Source of the DNA: an uncultured Candidatus Saccharibacteria bacterium
GTDB taxonomy: Bacteria > Patescibacteriota > Dojkabacteria > SC72
Length of the DNA stretch: 40,194 bases
Assembly (NCBI GenBank): GCA_964579365.1
Contig: CAZOFW010000002.1
Span: 1-40,194, forward strand
Direction of reading: 5' to 3'
A program made the translations under genes and the position numbers. Position 1 is the stretch's first letter, and each line of letters starts with the position of its first letter. Under the pieces are notes generated by a model that had not been told where the DNA came from, searched no databases, and worked only from the letters and a program-made list of their open reading frames with translations. Shown one piece after another: positions 7,150 to 14,174 of this stretch.

Positions 7150-7818
7150 ATGGACTACACACCTTTTACTAAATGGGTACTGGATAATGGTATTGCTGAA
7201 CAAACCTTGGGATTACTTGTAGGAATAGCAATTATCGCTACAATTGTAAGCCTAGCTAGATACCTTGTAGGATCAAAGTCCTTTGGGATATATGTCCCAA
7301 TAATACTAGCTGTAGCATACACATATACAGGACTTAGATATGGGCTGATCATAACAGCAGTAGTCATAGCATCCTCCCTACTCTCTTTCCTCATCCTTAG
7401 CAGAATTAGAATGCACTACATATCTAGAATGGCAATTAATTACTGCCTCATCATAATGTCTTTAATTGTTTTCTTTGTAGTTGTTAAAAAATACAACCTA
7501 GGATTACCAAATATGTCCCTCATACAGCCATTGGCAATAATCTCCATAATCGCACTTTCCGACTTCTTCGCTAAACAACAGATTAAAAAAGGATTCAAAA
7601 CAACTATGTTAGTACTTGGAAGTACCATCATAATTGCCTCTCTCGGATGGTTCTTAATTACTAGAGAAGCTGTATCTGCCTTCATGGTTAACAATCTCTG
7701 GCTAATACCAGCCCTCATTGTAGTAAACATCCTTATCGGACAATTCTCAGGACTTAGATTTAAAGATCTTTTGAGATTTAGAACCATTATCCAAGAAAAA
7801 GAAAATGTCAAAAAGTAG
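7150..7818 (+). CDS. seven-transmembrane protein, resembling the 7TM module usually fused to an inactive transglutaminase (7TM_transglut-like)
   Basis: 222 aa with seven hydrophobic segments counted by eye: LGLLVGIAIIATIVSL; FGIYVPIILAVAYTY; YGLIITAVVIASSLLSFLIL; MAINYCLIIMSLIVFFVVV; IQPLAIISIIALSDFF; TMLVLGSTIIIASLGWFLI; LWLIPALIVVNILIGQF. It overlaps the next gene by 14 nt. The family call rests on the GxKxFGxYxP-like motif plus the known association with alpha-L-glutamate-ligase-like ATP-grasp genes. Confidence 0.6.
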   Translation: MDYTPFTKWVLDNGIAEQTLGLLVGIAIIATIVSLARYLVGSKSFGIYVPIILAVAYTYTGLRYGLIITAVVIASSLLSFLILSRIRMHYISRMAINYCLIIMSLIVFFVVVKKYNLGLPNMSLIQPLAIISIIALSDFFAKQQIKKGFKTTMLVLGSTIIIASLGWFLITREAVSAFMVNNLWLIPALIVVNILIGQFSGLRFKDLLRFRTIIQEKENVKK

Positions 7819-9265
7819 GAAGATAAAAGAAATACTGGGATTAAACAGACGAAACCAAGAGTATGTTCGTCCATTAAACCCACCATCTGCAAAAAGAATT
7901 GCAGATAACAAAATTCTCACAAAAAAGATATTGGCAAGGGAAAGAATTAAAACACCAGAGGTATATAAGCTTGTAAAGACAAAAAAACAGTTACAATTCC
8001 TAGATTTTGAATCCCTACCAAACAGTTTTGTCATAAAACCAAACCAAGGTACAGGGGGAAACGGTATTGTTGTACTCTACGGTAAAAAGAAAGGCCAAAC
8101 AGCCTGGATAAGACCAAGTGGAGAAATAATGACTGCAAGAGACATAACACTGCATATTGAGAACATTTTAGATGGTAGGTACTCCATGGGCTCTAGAAAA
8201 GACATCGCGATCATAGAGGAGAGAGTCAAAACAGATCCCTTTCTCAAGCAATATTCATACAAAGGAGTCCCTGACATTAGAATAATCGGATACAACCAAG
8301 TCCCCATAATGGCCATGATGAGACTACCAACGAAGAAGTCCAATGGTACCGCAAATTTGCACTCTGGAGCTATCTGTACCGGTATAGATATTAGTTCTGG
8401 TATAACCACCTACTCTATGCATATGCAGGATAGAAGCATAATGAGTGACTCCTACGAAATGATAGATTCAACTCTAGATCTTAAAGAGAACAAAAAACTT
8501 GGTGGTATTCAAGTACCATACTGGGACGAAATTTTAGAAATAGCTGTAAAGTGCCAAAGAGCAAGTAAACTAGGATACATTGGCGTAGATATAGCCTTAG
8601 ATGCAGAGAAAGGACCTGTTGTCTTTGAACTAAACGCAAGACCAGGACTTGGTATCCAGGTAGCAAATCAAGCAGGACTTAGATGGAGGCTGGAGAAAGT
8701 AAAGGGAATTGAGATAAAGAGTATAAATCATGGTATCCGAGTAGCAAAAAATCTCTTCGGGGGAGAGGTCGAAGAAAGCATCGAGGCAATTAGTGGAAGA
8801 AAAGTTGTGAACATTAACGAAAAAGTCCTCCTCTACTATAAGACACCCGTTTCTAAGAAGAAAAATGACCCTCAAAATCGTGAAGCCATAAGAGTATTCG
8901 TAGATACAGGATTAATAACCTCCCGTATAAACAAAACCCTCGCTTCTAGGATAGGATTTTTTGAAGCAATAGAGTACTTCTACTCTCTTTCCATACCAAA
9001 GAAGTTTGAAAGCTTCAAAGAGGGTCAAGAATACATAGATTCTAACCAATCCACCATTATAGGTCACCCAGACATCCTTAGAGTCGCAAAAATTGTAGAA
9101 GAAGGAGCAATAAAGATAAGACCTGTCATACATGTACATACCAAAATAGCTAGTGAAGAAAAAGATATTGAAATGGTTATCACCGAAGATACCACATATA
9201 ATGTAGTAATCGGAAGAAACGAACTCAAAGGATACTTAATAGATACATCTAAAACATTTACATAG
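7805..9265 (+). CDS. alpha-L-glutamate ligase-like ATP-grasp enzyme fused to a C-terminal retropepsin-like (DUF785 / 'ATP-dependent zinc protease') domain
   Basis: 486 aa. The N-terminal ~330 aa carry LGLNRRNQEYVRPLNPPSAKRIADNKILTKKIL, FVIKPNQGTGGNGIVVL, GVPDIRIIGY..PIMAMMRLPTKKSNGTANLHSGAI and LGYIGVDIALD...GPVVFELNARPGLGIQVAN. These match my memory of the RimK-related alpha-L-glutamate-ligase-like family. The C-terminal ~150 aa (nt ~8807-9262) carry VFVDTGLITS (D-T-G) and IRPVIHV....EMVITED..YNVVIGRNELKGYLIDTSKTF, matching the DUF785 pattern. Confidence 0.8.
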   Translation: MSKSRKIKEILGLNRRNQEYVRPLNPPSAKRIADNKILTKKILARERIKTPEVYKLVKTKKQLQFLDFESLPNSFVIKPNQGTGGNGIVVLYGKKKGQTAWIRPSGEIMTARDITLHIENILDGRYSMGSRKDIAIIEERVKTDPFLKQYSYKGVPDIRIIGYNQVPIMAMMRLPTKKSNGTANLHSGAICTGIDISSGITTYSMHMQDRSIMSDSYEMIDSTLDLKENKKLGGIQVPYWDEILEIAVKCQRASKLGYIGVDIALDAEKGPVVFELNARPGLGIQVANQAGLRWRLEKVKGIEIKSINHGIRVAKNLFGGEVEESIEAISGRKVVNINEKVLLYYKTPVSKKKNDPQNREAIRVFVDTGLITSRINKTLASRIGFFEAIEYFYSLSIPKKFESFKEGQEYIDSNQSTIIGHPDILRVAKIVEEGAIKIRPVIHVHTKIASEEKDIEMVITEDTTYNVVIGRNELKGYLIDTSKTFT

Positions 9266-9266
9266 T

Positions 9267-10259
9267 ATGAAAAAATACGAAGAATATTTAAAAGAGGCAG
9301 GAAATGTTCATTTGGCTTACTACATAGAAGCTGCAGATGAACTTGGAATCGACTACGAAATAGTTGTTCGCAGCCTTCTTGCTAGATTTACATACCAAAA
9401 CAAACACTGGTTCATAATCAATACCGTTACTCCACTTACTCCTTCTCCAGGAACTACCATTGCTAAAAGAAAATACCTTACAAACCTTGTACTGAGCATG
9501 GCAGATATAGATGTTCCAAAACAACAGCCACTTGGAAGTGCAATAGATGCAATAAAGTTCTTCAATAAATACAAGAACATCGTCATAAAACCCTCCCAGC
9601 AACTCGGCGGAATTGGAATAACTATGCTACCAGAGACAGAAGATCAGGTAATTGAAGCATACGAGAATGCATTACACAAAAGTAATGCAAAGGGAGCAGT
9701 AAAGGTGTTAGGTGAAGAGTTCATAAAGGGCGAAAATTACAGATTCCTAGTAGTGGGAGAAGAGGTTGTAGGAATAGTATGGAGAAAAGCCCCAGTAGTT
9801 ATCGGTAATAGCAAAAACACTATAAGGGAGCTAATCGAAATTAAAAACAAAGAGCGCAGAATGCTTGTTCTAAAACCAATTCCCATAGACACAGAGGTAG
9901 ATATAAGACTAAAAAGTCAAAATCTAACCCTCGACTCTGTCCCTAAGGATGGAGAAGAAATTGTTCTAAGATATAATTGCAATCTAACAACAGGAGGAAC
10001 TACAGAAGAATGCTCCGACATAGTAGATCCGTACTACAAGAAGCTTGCAGTCCAAGCAGTAAAAGAACTAGATCTTGAACTCGGAGGCGTAGATATAATT
10101 GCAGAAGACATTACTAAACAAGATAAATGTGGAATTAATGAGATAAACTACAACCCAGGTCTTAGATTGCATTACAAAGTAAACAAAGGACAAGTTGTAA
10201 GAGTAGCCATACCAATAATGGAATATATCCGAGATAAATACATAAATTCAGTTAAATAA
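9267..10259 (+). CDS. ATP-grasp ligase, cyanophycin-synthetase G-domain-like (stand-alone)
   Basis: 330 aa with IVIKPSQQLGGIGITML, GENYRFLVVGEEVVGIVWRKAPVVIGNSKNTIRELIEIKNKERR, LDSVPKDGEEIVLRYNCNLTTGGTTEE, LGGVDIIAEDITK and INEINYNPGLRLH. These parallel CphA's DHRVLVV..VVAVAERVPAHVIG.G..T..ELIE..N, L.SV...G....LR..ANLSTGG and VN..PGFRMH. Confidence 0.8.
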   Translation: MKKYEEYLKEAGNVHLAYYIEAADELGIDYEIVVRSLLARFTYQNKHWFIINTVTPLTPSPGTTIAKRKYLTNLVLSMADIDVPKQQPLGSAIDAIKFFNKYKNIVIKPSQQLGGIGITMLPETEDQVIEAYENALHKSNAKGAVKVLGEEFIKGENYRFLVVGEEVVGIVWRKAPVVIGNSKNTIRELIEIKNKERRMLVLKPIPIDTEVDIRLKSQNLTLDSVPKDGEEIVLRYNCNLTTGGTTEECSDIVDPYYKKLAVQAVKELDLELGGVDIIAEDITKQDKCGINEINYNPGLRLHYKVNKGQVVRVAIPIMEYIRDKYINSVK

Positions 10260-10261
10260 AA

Positions 10262-11932
10262 ATGGTAAAAGTACTTCAAGGATTGAATTTAGAAAATGAA
10301 ATCTCTTCAATTGAGATACATGTAAAGAAAACAGTAGATTTAGAAAAGATAATCAAGCTAATACACTCCTTCCACCCCATATTCATCAAAGAATATAAAT
10401 TTACCGAAGATACACTAAAGATCTATACCAATATACCATCGCTTTGGGAAGAACTTGGTAGTGTATTAGAGAGAAATTTGCCATACAAAGAAACTCTAGA
10501 TAAATGTTTAGAGATAATAAGAATAAGGGTCTCGTCAATGTCCACCATACCCCTACTCTTTGCAGCGCATAAGCTTGGATACGAGACAACCCCAACAATG
10601 GCCACTGAACAATCCCTTACATACACACCATCCTTTAATCGTCACTACACAGTAGGTTGTGGTAAAGGTTCCGAGATAATCTACTCAATCTCTTCTTCTC
10701 AAGATTCTAAGATTGCAAAAGAAATCCAAAGAGATAAATGGTCAAGTAATCTAGTAATTCAAAAACTTGGATTACCACTCCCCTCATGGGAGATCATAGA
10801 TTCATTTACAGAAATAGAAAATGTCTGGAAACATTTTGAAAAACCAGTTGTAATTAAACCAACAGGACTTACTGGTGGAAGTGGAGTTTCAGTTGGTATA
10901 AATACCATTGAAGAAGCTAAAGAAGCATACAAATATGCCAAAGAAATGATAGACAGTAAGCTTAGAAAAGATTGGCAGACCAAAGTAATGATGCAGGAAC
11001 AGGTAAGTGGAGAAGATTACAGGCTCCTAGTTATAGATGGCCATTTAGAAGTCGTAACAAAAAGAATCCCTGCATTTGTAATTGGAAATGGTAAAGACAC
11101 AATAGCAAAGCTCATAGAAGATACTAACAAAGATCCTAAGAGAGACATTACCAGTCCTGCACACACATTAAAACCAATTGAAATAGACCAACCATTGAAA
11201 GCATATCTTAAAGCACAAGGCTTAGATCTAAGCTCAATACCACAAAAAGAGCAGAAAATAGCAGTAAGAAAAGTCGCAAGTATGAGCCAAGGCGGTATAA
11301 CAGAAGACTTTACAGACAAAGTAGGACCAGAGATTAAAAGCATCGTAGAAAGTATAGCAACATCAATCCATGCATTCGCTCTTGGAGTTGATATAATGTG
11401 CAAAGATATCTCCAAACCTCTTACTACAGACAATGGAGCTATCCTTGAGATTAACACTATGCCAGAGGCATATCTCAACCTCTTCCCTGTAATTGGAATA
11501 GACAGAGGCTACGTTGCAGATACTTATATTAAAAAACTACTTGTAAACAACAAAACAAAAAAGATTGTTGTAATTGGTCATCCCCAATATGATATCCCTA
11601 CCACACTTAAACAGAAAAATATGTTCTCCTCCTACTTAAAAAAGGAAGATGTGGTCGGAGAATACAAAGACGGAGAGATCAGAATAAATTCACTAGCATT
11701 GAATAAAGATCTAACCAAAAAGCAGGGTGTAGAAGCACTTAAACTTAATGCCTCTCTTGATGCAATCATAATCCATCATCGAAATTGGGAAGAAGTAGCA
11801 AAAGATGGCCTTGGATTAAATAAAATAAACCTCCTAATGATAGAAACTTCCTTGAAAGAGAATAAAGATTGTATGAAAGTCATAAATAAATACAAACGAA
11901 AAGGATTAATATCTAAAATAAAGACATTCTGA
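10262..11932 (+). CDS. cyanophycin-synthetase-like protein: N-terminal domain plus ATP-grasp G domain, lacking a functional Mur-ligase (M) domain
   Basis: 556 aa with VVIKPTGLTGGSGVSVGI, GEDYRLLVIDGHLEVVTKRIPAFVIGNGKDTIAKLIEDTNKDPKR, LSSIPQKEQKIAVRKVASMSQGGITED, ALGVDIMCKDISKPL and GAILEINTMPEA. In the C-terminal ~130 aa, KKIVVIGHPQYD sits where CphA has its ILSVTGTNGKTT P-loop, and no P-loop is present. The gene ends in TGA. Confidence 0.8.
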   Translation: MVKVLQGLNLENEISSIEIHVKKTVDLEKIIKLIHSFHPIFIKEYKFTEDTLKIYTNIPSLWEELGSVLERNLPYKETLDKCLEIIRIRVSSMSTIPLLFAAHKLGYETTPTMATEQSLTYTPSFNRHYTVGCGKGSEIIYSISSSQDSKIAKEIQRDKWSSNLVIQKLGLPLPSWEIIDSFTEIENVWKHFEKPVVIKPTGLTGGSGVSVGINTIEEAKEAYKYAKEMIDSKLRKDWQTKVMMQEQVSGEDYRLLVIDGHLEVVTKRIPAFVIGNGKDTIAKLIEDTNKDPKRDITSPAHTLKPIEIDQPLKAYLKAQGLDLSSIPQKEQKIAVRKVASMSQGGITEDFTDKVGPEIKSIVESIATSIHAFALGVDIMCKDISKPLTTDNGAILEINTMPEAYLNLFPVIGIDRGYVADTYIKKLLVNNKTKKIVVIGHPQYDIPTTLKQKNMFSSYLKKEDVVGEYKDGEIRINSLALNKDLTKKQGVEALKLNASLDAIIIHHRNWEEVAKDGLGLNKINLLMIETSLKENKDCMKVINKYKRKGLISKIKTF

Positions 11933-11934
11933 CA

Positions 11935-12873
11935 ATGAAATACCTTGTAATAGACAAACGACCAAGAGTAAAACAGATGGAAATACCTACAGCTTCTGTT
12001 AGGATATTAGAGGAGTTAAAAAAGAAGGATATACCAACAGATTTTGTTTACAACGATGAAATAGAAATTCTTTTCACAGAGGGTTCCACACAAATTAAAG
12101 CTAAAGGGATAGATGTGAAGGAGTATACACACATCATTTTTAGAGGTCATGCACTTCACAACGACAGGCAGTATGCGCTTAAGAGATACATCATAGATTA
12201 CATTGAGCAACATAACAGTGACAACCCAGAAAAAAAAGTGCTCGTTCAAAATTCCAAAGCAATTAAGAAATTGCCATATTACAATAAGGTAGCCATTTCT
12301 TTGCTATGTTCACAATATAACCTCCCCTACTTTCAGACATATTACAGAACAGATGGTAAATATCTAGAACCCAGAGATATGTTAAAAGAATATCCATTAA
12401 TCATAAAAGAGTATGCTGGTATCAATAGAGTTGAGATAATTGACGGCGAAGAGAAGATTAAAAAGAATGTTTACAAAATAGAAAAAGACGAGGATTTTGA
12501 ACAAGAGGGATTAAAAGGTCAGAATCTAGGGGATTTCTTTCTTCAAGAATTCTCAGATACTGCCGAAGATTACAGAGTTTTTGTTAAACTAGGTAAAGTA
12601 ATTGGTGGATGGAAAAGAAGTGCATCTAAAGGCTTTATGACTGTGAATAAGGGAATATATGAGATGTACAATGAACCAGACCAAGAGATGAAAGAGATAG
12701 CAGAGAAAATGGCAAGTATTCTAGAAGCTGATTTCATAGCTGTAGATTTTATGTATATGAATGGTAAACCCTGTATACAGGAGATAAGCCTACATCCAGG
12801 ATTTAAAGCCTACGAAACAAAGATAAAGGGAACACCTGTTAATATAGCAGAAGCTATAATAACTGCATTCTAG
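11935..12873 (+). CDS. RimK-like ATP-grasp ligase
   Basis: 312 aa. DYRVFVKLGKVIGGWKRSASKGFMTVNKGIYE...IAEKMASILEADFIAVDFMYMNGKPCIQEISLHPGFKAYE aligns by eye with the RimK pattern DIRCFVVG..VVAA..R.A..G.FRSN.H.GG...A...A......AGVD.L....GP.V.EVN.SPG. Confidence 0.75.
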   Translation: MKYLVIDKRPRVKQMEIPTASVRILEELKKKDIPTDFVYNDEIEILFTEGSTQIKAKGIDVKEYTHIIFRGHALHNDRQYALKRYIIDYIEQHNSDNPEKKVLVQNSKAIKKLPYYNKVAISLLCSQYNLPYFQTYYRTDGKYLEPRDMLKEYPLIIKEYAGINRVEIIDGEEKIKKNVYKIEKDEDFEQEGLKGQNLGDFFLQEFSDTAEDYRVFVKLGKVIGGWKRSASKGFMTVNKGIYEMYNEPDQEMKEIAEKMASILEADFIAVDFMYMNGKPCIQEISLHPGFKAYETKIKGTPVNIAEAIITAF

Positions 12874-12944
12874 CCTCCTGTTGATGGACCGCCTATTGTC
12901 CCTGGACCACCATCCGTATCAGGACCAAAGTTAATATTCTTCAT
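12870..12944 (-). CDS. candidate small ORF (24 aa, Gly/Pro-rich): MKNINFGPDTDGGPGTIGGPSTGG
   Basis: Found by hand translation; it is too short for the supplied track. The ATG at 12944 is preceded by AGGA with a 7-nt spacing. Its TAG stop (12872-12870) interlocks with the TAG stop of the last ATP-grasp gene in the palindrome CTAG. The stretch is conspicuously GC-rich within an AT-rich spacer, 30 nt downstream of and co-directional with the MATCAP-like gene. Confidence 0.3.
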   Translation of the reverse strand: MKNINFGPDTDGGPGTIGGPSTGG

Positions 12945-12974
12945 AAATATATCCTACAATAAAATATATTCTTT

Positions 12975-14138
12975 TTAAATCCCTGCTTTCTTAAATATCT
13001 CCAACCAATCGTTCTTGGTTGGAATCTTACCTGCTTTTGGAATTAATCCCTCCTCTACCCACTCACACTGTTTGAAAGTAATCTTTCCAGAGTAAAGTTT
13101 CTGGTACAAAGTAGGATCCTCCTCCAATTTCTTCATAACCTTCCTAAATCCTCTGAAGTAAACAACATCCTTTGCGTAAATACCTGGATAAGATGTATCT
13201 GAAAGACCTCTTTTAACTCTATATGCTATATCAAAAGCCCCTGGTTTAGAAAAACTACCAAGAAGTACGTTGTAAAGCTGTCTAAAAGACAACTCCTCTC
13301 CAACATATATGGCCCATGTTAAAGCTGCTTTGTTTCTTAGAGATTTCACTGGGAGAAGCCCCATATTATTCTCATTCCAAGAAGCTAACCCCTCCTCAAT
13401 ATCTAAATATCCTGGTAAGTTTGGTTTACTTATTGCTTCAAAACCACTCATAAGACCATAATGAGAACGCAAAGCATGTGTTCCTACCTCATGGATTATT
13501 GTCTTTCTCAGTTGAAGTTTACTTTTACTAATATTTCCATCAACCAAAACCTCTTTTCTCTTTACACCAACCTTTACTCCGTTCTTAGCAATATTCAATG
13601 ACTTATTTACAGACCAATCTTCGAGTCCTAACTCCTTAAAGACAACATCAAAAGCAGAAACAATCTTGTCATACCCCAACATCTCTGGATCTTTTATATT
13701 ATCCTCTTTTGCTAAATTGTACTTACCATATTTACCCCTCAAAACTCTTGATGCATTCCTAAAAAGTTTTGCAGATGGTTTGCTATACCTTGCTACAGAG
13801 ATATCTGTAACAGCTTCATTATTCCCTACCGCATGCATAAGGTCACTAGCTTCTCTTTTAGAATCTATTAGGTCAATGTAGAAATCTGAGATCCTTGGAT
13901 CTACATCTGGGATTTCCTTTACCTCAGAAAGTCTTTTTAATATCTGCTCATTATTGTTACTAACTACTCTGTATTGGAATTGAGGCTCATATGTGTCTGA
14001 GTCAAAGAACTTTTTCTTCTCTGAATCTAGGTTTGTTGGTGTAAATACTAAGGCAATTGGAATTTTAAGTTCCCCCAAAAGCTTTGTTACTTCCTCTACT
14101 TTCATTGTTTTCTTAGCTTTTCTGAAGAATATGTTCAT
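12975..14138 (-). CDS. DUF1704 / MATCAP-family metallocarboxypeptidase-like protein (HExxxH ... EGLA)
   Basis: 387 aa. It has TIIHEVGTHALRSHYG (HExxxH), a nearby LDIEEGLASWNE (the QEGLA-motif position), and downstream YAKDVVYFRG and LYSGKI. These match my recollection of the DUF1704 'QEGLA motif protein' / MATCAP fold family. Confidence 0.75.
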   Translation of the reverse strand: MNIFFRKAKKTMKVEEVTKLLGELKIPIALVFTPTNLDSEKKKFFDSDTYEPQFQYRVVSNNNEQILKRLSEVKEIPDVDPRISDFYIDLIDSKREASDLMHAVGNNEAVTDISVARYSKPSAKLFRNASRVLRGKYGKYNLAKEDNIKDPEMLGYDKIVSAFDVVFKELGLEDWSVNKSLNIAKNGVKVGVKRKEVLVDGNISKSKLQLRKTIIHEVGTHALRSHYGLMSGFEAISKPNLPGYLDIEEGLASWNENNMGLLPVKSLRNKAALTWAIYVGEELSFRQLYNVLLGSFSKPGAFDIAYRVKRGLSDTSYPGIYAKDVVYFRGFRKVMKKLEEDPTLYQKLYSGKITFKQCEWVEEGLIPKAGKIPTKNDWLEIFKKAGI

Positions 14139-14174
14139 AGATAATATCTTTACATAAATGGAAATAAAAAGGAA

